Shown one piece after another: positions 11,629 to 23,099 of a DNA stretch of 64,000 nucleotides; positions within the stretch are counted from its first letter, which is position 1, and every line of letters starts with the position of its first letter. The position numbers were made by a program, and so were the translations under genes. The notes below the pieces were generated by a model. The model ran no database searches and was not told the origin of the DNA. It saw only the letters and a list, made by a program, of their open reading frames with translations. Source of the DNA: Azolla caroliniana (taxonomy: Eukaryota > Plantae > Polypodiophyta); the NCBI GenBank assembly GCA_043228905.1, contig JBHGNT010000016.1, forward strand, positions 14,818,001-14,882,000, written 5' to 3'.

Positions 11629-12644
11629 AGTCTAAAGGGTTTGATTCTATTGCTCGTAAGGCCAATGGCAGTGTGGATACTGTTGATGTTGCGGCATGTT
11701 TAAAGGGCCCCATCTTGAAAGTAGATGTAGCAACTGACACAAGTGATCTGGTCACACAAGTTGATCAAGCATGTAGCACGGATGACTTGGTGTTGCAGGT
11801 AGATGCAGCATGTAGCACGGATGACTTGGTGTTGCAGGTAGATGCAGCATGTGATACCAGTGGACTGATATCGAGCAGAACAGTAGCTACATGCACTGAG
11901 GTAATCCAAGGATTGATAACTAAGTCGACAAAACAAGAGCACCAGAATGTGAAGCTAGGCCCAACACAGTCGACTAGGGGTTTAAAGAGGAAAAGGACAC
12001 CAGTTGTGTCAGCCGAACCTGAGCTGATTGAGATTGATCGTATCCTACCAGAAAATGGTGTAACAGCAGCTCAGTTTTAGGAATGGAAACCTAAACCACT
12101 AGAAGTCGAAAGAAGAGCCTTGATCTTGGAGCTGGATAAAGTCTTGATGAGTGTGAGATATATGCAGCCAAGGAGGGACGCAAATAAGTTTCTAGAGTGG
12201 GTTGTGGAGTACTTTGATTTGTTTATTTGGAGTGAAAAACCAAAATCAGATGTGTGGAAGTGTTTGGCAAGATTCTTCCCAAAATGGCGAAGTCGTTTTA
12301 AAGGTCAATGGGCACGAGAAAATTGTGAGCAGATGGAAGCTGCAAGATTCAAGAGACTTTCTGATTTTTGGGCTACTTGGCCTGAATATAATGCTAACAA
12401 TACATTGATTTTGGATACAGAACATTTCCGACACTACTTCAATATTCGGAGATGCTGTCTCATTCTACCCGAGGAAATGCCTGAACAGTACCTGGTGCAA
12501 ACAGTGAGCTGCCAACTAGGTGCATGGTTGTGGACTCCATACCGAGCTCAATATGCGGATAATATATGTAGACTCGTTCCACTGACTAGCAAGAGCTTAG
12601 CTGTTTATAGGAGATTTGTAGACATTTCCAATGGTAATTTATAA
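11629..12644 (+). CDS. Accessory exons: 13-aa repeat region plus FCP1/SCP (NIF)-like HAD phosphatase-fold domain
   Basis: ORFs 11550-12080 and 12120-12644 share a frame, separated by one TAG that is also a good acceptor (TTTTAG|GAATGG). LILELDKVL...PRRDANKFLEWVVEYFDLFIWS...NTLILDT parallels NIF motifs (LVLDLDETL...RP...FL...FE...WT...N...IDD). Confidence 0.6.
11750..11870 (+). repeat. 39-bp coding tandem repeat (ACSTDDLVLQVDA)
   Basis: GCATGTAGCACGGATGACTTGGTGTTGCAGGTAGATGCA twice exactly plus degenerate flanking copies. Confidence 0.9.
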
Positions 12645-13013
12645 ATATGTAAAGAGATGACATTATTCAATGAAGAATTTAATTACTTGTTCCCACTGTA
12701 CTTATCTACTGTGTAATTTGAGGAATATGTTGCAGATTGTTGATTTCATTCTATTGATGACTATTTAGCTATTGACAGCTAATTAGCTGCATTTGTACAG
12801 CTAATTAGCTGCATTTGTACAGCTAATTAGCTACTGATGACTATTTCGCTATAACTTATAACTTAAAACTTAACAAAAAAGACATGATTTTATTGAGAAA
12901 GAAGCACAGAAAGCAGACTGTATACAAGAAATTGATTCCAAACGAATTTATTGATCTGTTTTCGCGAAATACATGTTTGTTTTACAAGAGAACATGGTAA
13001 GTGCTACTTGTAG

Positions 13014-16000
13014 CTACAAATTCCATGGCATACTATTGTAAATACATTCATACACATTAGCACCAACAGTGTATAAACCGGAGCAGCTATTGTATTCTGA
13101 CATTGGGACGTTGATGCATCTGACCAAATGAGAGTACATATACGCCGCTGGTTTGTCTTCTAACAGCCTGTACACATATTCGTAGTCATCTAGTTTTGCA
13201 TAAAAAATGCCTTCGATGTAGAATGTCCCGGCAGATACAAAATTTCCCCATGCATCTACAATATTCTGCCTTGCACACTGTTTACTAACCGTGCACTTTA
13301 ATATATAGAAATCAGCACCCTCTGAATTGCCTTCTTCAGCATTTACAGCGAAGTTATCCCCAACGTTCAGGACATCACTCAAAGTATCTCCAAGTCCCTC
13401 ATATGTGAAGTCAGCATTCTGCCCTGTTTCTCCATCAACTGCTTCCTTATCATTCAGAGTGTGATACTCCCAATTCTGAATGTATGCTTTGTTTAGACAA
13501 TATCTCCAATTTCCCTGCACACAATGGAAGCAAAAACAAGTCAATTCTCTAACCGCAATACAATGACCATCCAACCTGGAATAACCGCGAACAGCATGCA
13601 GAGATCGCAATTCGGGAATTCCTTGGCACTCCCAGGTCTTCTCCCTATTTACTTCATCTATCTTCACTTCCCAAAATTCACGTTTGATATCTCGAACTTG
13701 CGAGGAATAAACACCTGTGGCACTCGTCGACATATTTGTTCTTAAAAATTCAACTACATGTGATGCACAATTCATGTGCACACCATCTGTCTTTAGTTGT
13801 TCATGGGTAAGTGCCCGCTTTATAACAGCCCCTGCACCATCATGTTCACCTTTACCATGGCCAGACCCAAAAAAATTCCATCTCATCTCCAAACCTGTTA
13901 TAGCAGGATACCTCCCCACAAAATAAAATGGACGTCGAGCCTTGAATTGTGACGCAGCTCCGTCAGACCAGACCCAATGTTGAGTAAGCTCCAAACGTTG
14001 AGCTAATAACCACTGCCAATGTAACTTAAAACAGTGTTGGACGAACAAGGTATCATGCTTCTTATCATCGGAAATAAATAAATGAATTACTTTTTTAACA
14101 TCACCTGAAACTCGAAAATATGTTATGTGCACAAAAATGGTTACCTGAACTGAACACCAATGCATAGATTGAATTTCATTCTGCTGCTTGAAAGTATAAT
14201 TCTCTGCGAAATCTACTACTGAGACTACTACATCATTTGGGAAATCAGATATGCAAGTCTTAAACTGATGGGCCTGCCATGAATAAATGAAGTTGTGTTT
14301 AATGAACTTTCCTAGAGATACTACAAACAGACACACCAAATCCCTTGGTTTAAGCATCTTCCGAACTAGATCCTTTCTTTTACACACCTTTCCTTCGAAA
14401 TTGGTGTTCACTGACTCAAATAACTTCACAGAGATCAATATTTCACTACTCAATTCATTTGGACACCACCTAAATCTAGTAGGGCCACAATCTTGACATA
14501 AACCCATGACACATTTATGAATATGGAAGATAGCGTCAGATTCTCTCGGACACAATATTGAATCTAATAAATAACTCATGGAAAAGATAACGTGCTCAGA
14601 TGATTTACACTCCTCTTGCGGGCTTGATCGACAGATTGGGCACCCACATGTGCAAACTGTATTAGTTAGGGATGCGCTATGGTGACGTAGTAGATTAACA
14701 GAGTCCTTCAGAAAACCCATCTGTACATGGTAAATGCAACAACATGTGTATCGATCCTTTAAGCGTCTCACAAAGTGTGGCTTAAGAGACTCGAATGTTC
14801 GTAGTTGAACTTTGATAGTTGGATGCATTCGTTTGAACCTAATAAATAAATCGACCTGCGTAATAAAGGGGAATTAGTTATTCTCGTAACTAGCTAACTA
14901 TCCTAGTAGCTAATTAGCTATTCTAGTAGCTAGTTAGCTATTCTAGTAGCTAGTTAGCTATTCTAGTAGCTAATTAGCTATCATGGTAGCTAATTAGCTG
15001 TCCTAGTAGCTAATTGGTTGTCCTAGTAGCTAATTAGCTATCATGGTAGCTAATTAGCTGTCGTAGTAGCTAATTAGCTATCATGGTAGCTAATTAGCTA
15101 TTCTAGTAGCTAATTAGCTATTCTAGTAGCTAATTAGCTATCATGGTAGCTAATTAGCTGTCGTAGTAGCTAATTAGCTATCATGGTAGCTAATTAGCTG
15201 TCCTAGTAGCTAATTAGTTGTCCTAGTAGCTAATTAGCTATCACGGTAGCTAATTAGCTGCTCTAGTAGCTAATTAGCTATCATGGTGGCTAATTAGCTT
15301 TCCTCGTAACTAATTAGCTATCATGGTAGCTAATTAGCTTGTCTAGTAGCTAATTAGCTATCATGGTGGCTAATTAGCTTTCCTAGTAACTAATTAGCTA
15401 TCATGGTAGCTAATTAGCTGGTCTAGTAGCTAATTAGCTATCGTGGTAGCTAATTAGCTGGTCTAGTAGCTAATTAGCTATAATGGTGGCTGATTAGCTT
15501 TCCTAGTAACTAATTAGCTATCATGGTAGCTAATTAGCTGGTATAGTAGCTAATTAGCTATCATGGTAGCTAATTAGCTATCACGGTGGCTAATTAGCTG
15601 TCCTAGTAACTAATTAGCTATCATGGTGGCTAATTAGCTATCCTAACTAATTAGCTATCATGGTAGTAGCTATTGAGAGTAGCCAGTTACCTATGTAGTA
15701 GCTATCATAGTAGCTAATTAGCTATCATGGTAGCTAATTAGCTTTCCTAGTAGCTAATTAGCTGGTAATAACGAAATAGCTAACTAGCTACCATGATAGC
15801 TAACTAGCTAGCAGTACAGCTAATTATCTGGTAGTACCTAAATTAGCTATTGAGAATAGCTAATTAGCTATCATGGTAGTAACTATTGAGAGTAGCTAGT
15901 TACCTATGTAGTAGCGATCCTAGTAGCTAACTGAGGTAAATGTAACTGATAAGCTAATTAGCTTTTCTGCTAACTGAGCTAATTAACTTTCCGAGTAGAG

Positions 16001-16781
16001 TCAAAACAAATGTTGAGATAAATGTAAATACCTGAGGTACATCAAGAAGATGAATGGGATGCTCCTCGTATTGATTTCTTCCAACACGTTTCCTGCATAA
16101 ATCCTTTTTATTGGGTGAAACCCTACTCTCATTAGTCCAAAACATTGTGATTACATCCTTGATTTCAAATGTTATGGGTGTCATTGGCTTACATCTTGTA
16201 GTTAGCTTTAGTAGACTAGTTCCTTCACCCGAGGAAATTATACGGTTCATTGTATTGTACATTGTTTTTCTACTAACACCAATTACCTTAGATAGCTCAC
16301 TGATGTTTATATCGTCAACATCACTATTAAGTAACATCATTAGACTAGACCTTTTTAAGACAAGATCATCTTTTGACATGCTCATGGATACGAAACTATT
16401 ACAAAGATTATTTACTAAAATAGATGATATGTTTGCATTAAGACCATCACAATCAACTAAGTCCTTTATCGATGGATCATTACATATTCCATAAAGTACT
16501 ACCTTCTTTTCTTCATTGCTGATGTGCTTGGTTTGAACATTGAAATAGTCTACAACCTTTCTCTCTATGATGGTAGTCGCATTACTTACATTCTCAGCTA
16601 AACTATCCTTACCTTTACTGAGTGTGGCTTTCGTATCCTTCAACAATTGACGATGTTTCCTTTTTTTTTCTGCCCAATAGTTTCGTATGGCTTGTTGTGT
16701 CCTGATAACATCATCCCTATCCTTATGATCATTGAGGGGTAATTCTAAACACCCTTCTTCCCCTTCCATTTGGCTAGACAT
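13014..16781 (-). CDS. DDD transposase, Sola2-like, 2 exons (16781-16032 and 14855-13014), 863 aa
   Basis: Phase-0 splice CAG|GTATTT...CGCAG|GTC gives HLLDVPQ|VDLFIRFKRMHPTIKV...LKPHFV. Cys-rich region (CCCIYH, CVMGLCQDC); catalytic motifs VDFAENY, WSDGAASQFK and FFGSGHGKGEHDGAGAVIKR; C-terminal CFCFHC. No internal stops. Confidence 0.88.
14875..15990. repeat. Minisatellite of TAGCTAATTAGCTA (20-bp unit) filling the transposase intron
   Basis: Regular 20-bp period (TAGCTAATTAGCTA plus TCATGG/TTCTAG/TCCTAG) within intron 14856-16031. Confidence 0.95.
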
Positions 16782-17111
16782 GTTAAAACCCTAAATTTCC
16801 AGAAAAAAAAACAAGTATTAAAGATGGCTATGGGCAACAACAATACACAAAAATATTCCACACAATACACAAGATTAGACACAACAATACACAAGATAAT
16901 CAATAGACAGAAAAGTTATTGCAATCCAAGACCGAACAGTAGAGGATTTCACTCTGTTGGATCCAACAGTTGAGGAGGCGATCCAAGACCGACCAATGGC
17001 AACAACTGAGTGTAGAATGTTGCCGTTGGATGAGTGAACTCCGTCAAATCGAAATGTGGAAGCAATCCGGGACTGGACAGTAGTGGCAACTGAGTATAGA
17101 ATGATGGCAAT

Positions 17112-17850
17112 GGAGGAGAGAACCCCGTCAGATTGAACAGTTACCGATGATGCTTGAAACGCACATAGAAGGCACTTGAGAATAGAGTGGCATAGAGAAG
17201 AGAACCCCGTCAGATTGAACAGTTACCAATGATGCTTGAAACGCACAGTAGCGGCCCCTGAGTGAGAGTGGAAAAGAGAAGAGAACCCCGTCAGATTGAA
17301 CAGTTACCAATGATGCTTGAAACGCACAGTAGCGGCCCCTGAGTGAGAGTGGAAAAGAGAAGAGAACCCCGTCAGATTGAATAGCTCTTTGATTATGCTT
17401 GGAACGCACAGTAGCAACCCCTGAGTGTAGAGTGGCAAAGAGAAGAGAACCCCGTCAGATTGAACAGCTCTTTGATGATGCTTGGAACGCACAATAGCGG
17501 CCCCTGAGTGTAGAGTGGCACAGAGAAGAGAACCCCCTCAGATTGAACAGCTCTTTGATGATGCTTGGAACGCACAGTAATGGCCCCTGAGTGTAGAGTG
17601 GCACAGAGAAGAGAACCCCCTCAGATTGAACAGCTCTTTGATGATGCTTGGAACGCACAGTAATGGCCCCTGAGTGTAGAGTGGCACAGAGAAGAGAACC
17701 CCGTCAGATTGAACAGCTCTTTGATGATGCTTGGAATGCACAGTAGTGGCCCCTGAGTGTAGAGTGTCACAGAGAAGAGAACCTCGTCAGATTGAGCAGC
17801 TCTTTGATGATGCTTGGAACGCACAGTAGCGGCCCCTCAGTGTAGAGTGG
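17112..17850. repeat. Subterminal 83-bp tandem array, about 9 copies
   Basis: Unit AGAAGAGAACCCCGTCAGATTGAACAGCTCTTTGATGATGCTTGGAACGCACAGTAGCGGCCCCTGAGTGTAGAGTGGCACAG; repeated ORFs end 83 bp apart (17409, 17492, 17575, 17658, 17741, 17824). Confidence 0.95.
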
Positions 17851-18179
17851 CGGCAGGTGGACTCGATAGGGTTTAGCAACAGTGGTAGCAACTAACCCAC
17901 AGTACTCAACTAGAGATGACCTACGTGATGTGGCAAAGGATCATGCATAATGGACCTAGGAATTCGATATATAATTTATGGTACACATTTATGGTGCACA
18001 CATCAATTTATGTTGCACATTTATGGCACTCATTTACATATGTAATTAAAACACTCTAGTATTTGCAATGGTAGTTTTTTGCATACTTAATTTATTAATG
18101 ATGGCTTTTTACTAAAATGACTATTTATCAATGGTAGCTTTTTGCATAGCTAATTAGCTATGTCAAGGACATAGCTAAT

Positions 18180-18204
18180 TGTTTCCACTCGCATGCTTTC
18201 ACCC
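18180..18204 (-). repeat. Right terminal inverted repeat
   Basis: TGTTTCCACTCGCATGCTTTCACCC, after which the host LTR resumes (AGAGAGAGATACACTT). Confidence 0.95.
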
Positions 18205-21200
18205 AGAGAGAGATACACTTATAAACAACACAAGATGGGGGATGAGTAACTATATTAAATTAGCATTATCATCATCAAATACAAAAATACCCACAATGAG
18301 GTATATATAGATCTCATGTGCAAGGGTGCACATGTGTGAGGAGAATATAGGTACAAGGGTGTAAGTCCTATATTAAATGTACTTGGGAGTGGAGAATCTA
18401 CAATATCCCACTTAAGTACAAGGTCTTATTTAAGGCGTTATAGTCAACACTTCTAACTAGATCTATCTAGATAACTACGAAGTTACATGGTTGACTAACT
18501 AACTAAACTAAGTTGAGCTTGATCTCTCAACATTGTGTCTATCTTCTACGTTCCTTCTTCTTCGTGTTGCATATCTGTGTTGTTGGATGTACACATCTTA
18601 CCTTGATGGTCCTTATCATATTCCTCATCTAACATATATCAAAAATATGTACTCATGAAAACACATGGCTACATAAGGTCAGTTGGGACCCTTTCCAATG
18701 GACGTGGCACAATCCTTATGTAAGGCAAAGAAGCAAAATCGTCCCTTTCTTCCAATTCACGACTAGACTGGGTCACCACATTCTAGCCACTCAAATTGCC
18801 TGCAAGTCTACAATTGCAAAGGTATGGCACACATATCATGCTCCTCATACAATTATCATGAAAGTTTGGCAGAACATTTGGAAACAACAACACACTAGGC
18901 AAATTACCACGTTCTAATGGCTATTAATAAATAAGTCACTAACGGTTAGAGCGTGGCAGTGTGGGAACCTTACCTCTCTTAACTGTGTAGGATGCCCAAA
19001 TGCAACGGAATCAATCTGACACACTCTTTGGGATTGCCTAGAGACTCATCAATATGGCGGGGGGTTGGCCGCCTTTTGCAATTATGCCAAGTGCAAGGCA
19101 CAATCAAGAGGGGAAATGTATGTTGGTTATCGTGGCAGGTCCCAGTTGATAGATATGAACATCGGGAGGGGATGACTTTGGTGATAAAAGCATAAGAGGT
19201 TTTTTTTTCCACCATCGACAATATCCACTCAACTCCTATCAATGTCAAATCTCAAGTTGTCCTGGAATTGGTCAGCCCAATAACTCTTTGGATTCTATGG
19301 AAACAACGATGTAGACGAGTTTTCTCCAACTAAATCGTGCATGCAATAACGTTAATACAAGAGATATGGAGTGAATTTGTAGCTACTCTAAAGAGGCAAC
19401 ATGATGGCCTCACAGGCGGATTCGATGGAGTTGAAAGACAACGACTAGCCTTCATCTAACAATGGTCGTCCTCTCCCTTTCTTGAGTCAGCGGGCATCCA
19501 TATAAGATGAAATTATCGTGTTCCTACAGGGATCTGTATATAACAATCTCATTTGTAAATTTATATAACTAATGGAAGGATTTTTTTGGGAAAAAAAATA
19601 AAAAATTATTGCCATAATATTGGTTACTGTTTATTTATTAGGTTCTATTTTATTTTATTACTGTTATTATGATTATTGATATTGTTCGTATAATTTAGTT
19701 ATAATTAATATTTAATTATTCTTATGGTTTATTTTATTTCACTAATTAAATAAATTAATTGTTTATTTACTTATTTATTTTCTTTACCTTTTATGTATCT
19801 ATTTATTTTATATTTGTTCATTTATTTGCTTATTTATTTTTACTATTTTATCTAATATTATTATTATTACTATTTAGTTATTATTATGTGTTGTCGTTGT
19901 TGACAGACACAAAGGGTCGAACGTCTTAATCATTAAGATGTTCTATCAAGAGGATTGTGATTGGAGATGGAATGTTGGGAACTCTGCCTACTGATTTCTC
20001 AGAACATTACACATATACTAATTTACTCTACTTCATTAAAACGATTATGAGATACTATCTTGATCGACTGTTAGTTCTATAAATAATCTACATAATAGAG
20101 ATAACGATTAAAGCATTCGACACAACATATACTCTAACTACGCAAAATTATATTACTGTAACCAAAATAGATTGATGTTGATACAATGCACTCGGTCCTT
20201 TTTAATAGTCGACCTGAGAGACTCTTCCAAAATATACACTTGCCATTCGGCAAGAAACTACAATTACACTAACTGTTCTATTTTCTTAACTATTCTATTG
20301 TCCTACTTGGCAAAAATATTACTTCGGCTACTTCCTTTCACATTAGTCTTTTACGCTCATTGATTTTCGGTGCAACTTCTCAACAAACGACGACTACGTC
20401 GCCTTTTGTCGTTGTCGATCTTGCACGCCCTCTTGATTTGTAACCCTTGAGCTCTCTCTATATGTCAACAACACCTCCACCTTTTATCTCCCTCGTCTAC
20501 TTCCACACCCACCTACCCCAAGGATGGTCAAGTGTAGTTGTCAACTCCTTTATAGACCCTACCCGTCTTGGCATCTCCCATGGTTTGATAGCTAATAGTT
20601 TCGAAAATGGTTCACGATCCACCCCTGGGACGGCCCCATCACTTCCACAAAGTTGGTTGTGGTCAAATTAAGCAAAGGTTCACAACCCTACGCTTCAATT
20701 GGCCAATCTTTACAAGCTCAAGCAATAAAAAACGAACAAAAGTTGGGATGCTCCAAGTAATGTGACGTTACATTCGCACCTACCTTGAGTAAAATAACAA
20801 CACCTTCCCGATTTGCCAACCACATTATCTCTACCTGGCTAGACAGCAAATTCAAGGAGTTCCTCACAAACACCAACCAAATGCAAGATATCTTACTTCC
20901 CCCCATCAACATCCAACACCTTTGATCCCACCCATGTCCACAATGTCCTCTCAAACTATTGTACCTCCATTGGTAGCACTATCTAAAGGGTAGTAGATGG
21001 CAGTACATTCATGCTCTACACTCCAAAGCAACAACTAATATAATGCAAATAACAAGATTTAATCATACATGTAAGCTTTTTGGCCATTCACATGTGAGAG
21101 AGAGATAGAAATTTTGTAATAGTTTCAGATGTCAAATATGAGCCACAATACCAAAAATGAAGCATTTTTGAGAATTTTACAAATGAGTGTTGTAATTGAC

Positions 21201-21528
21201 CATGAGATTGTGAATGAGAAAAAGAGGAGGAAAAAAGATAAATTGGATCATATCAGTCCCCCTAATAACTATTTTCAAGCACACTTTAACACATATTTTC
21301 AAAATATAAGGGTTGTTCGATGAGAAAGCACGCACAAACTCGAGCCGTAGGTAAGTTGTATACAAACGCTTCATGGTCTTCTCTTTATTCAAAACGAGAT
21401 AACACCTGTAAGCACACCACCCCTTACTCTTTTCCCCAATCACCAAGTGAAATGATCATACCCTCATGTAGGGGCAAGGGATTGTTTGTCTCTATCCTTT
21501 ATTCAATAAACTTAATGTTTATGGCGGA
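18205..21528 (+). repeat. Segmental duplication, copy 1 (paralog at ~60585-63902)
   Basis: Near-identical colinear sequence at an offset of ~42.4 kb, including the AT-rich tract and matching small ORFs. Confidence 0.95.
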
Positions 21529-21529
21529 A

Positions 21530-23050
21530 GGACGAAGGCGACGCAAAACACCATCGGGACATCACGATTCGACAACGGAGGCCAAGCGGGCTGCCACGGG
21601 CATTCCTCTAGCGGAGGACATCAGGCATACGGCGGGAAGCAGGGCGTTCCTACGGCCGAACAAGGGCGAACGGAAGAGCGCGTGCTACGGATATCGCGGC
21701 AGAGGACCCATCGACGGGTCGAATGAGCTTATGGGAAGGCGAGCGCGAAGGAAGACTCAAAGCCGCCGGATCAAAACGGCAGCGAGCCGAGATGCGGATC
21801 ATGGGAGACCGGTTTCTCGCCGGCCGAAATCTCTCACCATTCAGCCAGATTTGGCACGTACCGGTGGACGTGTAGTTAGCTATGATCTTGCATCCATTTA
21901 CAATCTTATCTTAGAAGAGTGTTGATCTTGTTCCACATTAGAAGACGGCGTTCCCAACAAAAAGGTGCCAACACATGAGCTGTATTTTGCATGCAAGCCG
22001 AATTTGAAGCACCTAAGGGTATTCGATAACATTCCATATGTGCATGTGCCAGATGAGAAGTGGAAGAAGCTAGACACCAAGGTAGAAAAGTATATATTGG
22101 TTGACTACTGGCATGAGCAAAAAGGCTACACGTGTTACAATCCCCGGATGAAGCAAGTGCGAGTGAGTTGCGACGTCGTCTTCGACAAATCAAAGTCTTG
22201 GTATTCCCTTCCATCTCCAACTCCCGATGACCCCATACCGATTACTGAGGATGAGGCCAGTGAGGCCGAGATGATTCGGGAAGAATAAGAGGAAGATGTT
22301 GGCACTCTAGAAGAGAGTCCAATTTCATTCCGGCTAAGTGGCCCAAATGAAGAGCTAGTTGGTATGACCAGATGAATGAAGAGTCAGTAGCAGTGAAGAC
22401 TTGGTTGTGCACTCCCCGTGCAAGGAACTGAGGAGAGGGTACACACGCGAGAAAGGGAAGATGAAGATGTCGGAGTACGGCGGCATAGACAGAGGTGCAT
22501 CAGCTCAAGGATAATCTGACACCAACCAAAGCGAAGACGGACCTCAAGAGTTGAGGTCGGATGCGGCCAAAAGGGCCTTGAAATCGGAAAATGAGAAGTT
22601 ACGCTAATCCACTCGCCAAAATACCCCAATGATCTAGTACATATACAATGAATACATGGTGCAGCATTATGCGTAGATGACAAAAGTGGCAGAAGTCCAC
22701 GAGCCGGAGAGCTATGCGGAGGCATCGTAGGATGCCAGATGGCGATCAACCATGGAGGAAGAAATGCAGGCACTAGTTGCCAACAAGACATGGGATTTGT
22801 TTGACCCTCCCCGACATTGCAAACCGATCAGATGTAAATGAGTATACAAAGTGAAGTATAACGTTGACAGGGTCAACCGATACAATGCCCGATTACAGGC
22901 CAAGGGATGCACGCAGACCCACGACATGGACTATGAGGAGACCTTCGCACCGGTGGCGAAGATGGTGATAGTCCGTGTGGTGTTGACGGTAGCAGCAACA
23001 AGCGGGTGGGATCTCCACCATATTGATGTTAAGAACGCGTTCCTTCTGGT
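21530..23050 (+). pseudogene. pol: Degraded copia integrase/RT fragment
   Basis: KPNLKHLRVFDNIPYVHVPDEKWKKLD (21965-22288) and RYNARLQAKGCTQTHDMDYEETFAPVAKM...IDVKNAFL (22851-23096). Confidence 0.85.
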
Positions 23051-23099
23051 GGATATGGTGTTCATTATGTATGTCGAAGTATGTGAGGACCTGTAGATT

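Larger units (their letters stand above)
7107..18204 (-). mobile_element. 11.1 kb autonomous TIR DNA transposon, Sola2-like, with accessory genes
   Basis: 25-bp TIRs with 1 mismatch, GGG...CCC ends, AGAG on both flanks within a GA tract, intact DDD transposase, and absence from the paralogous LTRs at ~57560-57585 and ~60560-60590. Confidence 0.9.
6985..18532 (-). repeat. Copia 5' LTR split by the DNA transposon (6985-7106 plus 18205-18532)
   Basis: The joined halves reproduce the uninterrupted LTR at 57448-57904 (TGTTAAGA...TCTCAACA). Confidence 0.93.

Noticed and set aside
15954-16781. Separate 275-aa gene
   Set aside because: It splices in phase to the 604-aa ORF and forms the transposase N-terminus.
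17112-17850. Possible CRISPR array, and the repeated small ORFs in it
   Set aside because: Whole 83-bp units repeat with no unique spacers, there are no cas genes, and the context is eukaryotic; the ORFs are by-products of the repeat.
18979-20954. Small ORFs repeated at 61-63 kb as conserved genes
   Set aside because: Identity reflects the recent segmental duplication; no coding signature.
21320-21925. 201-aa ORF as a host gene
   Set aside because: It spans the duplication breakpoint into decayed copia sequence, has no recognisable domain, and the paralog diverges after ~68 codons.
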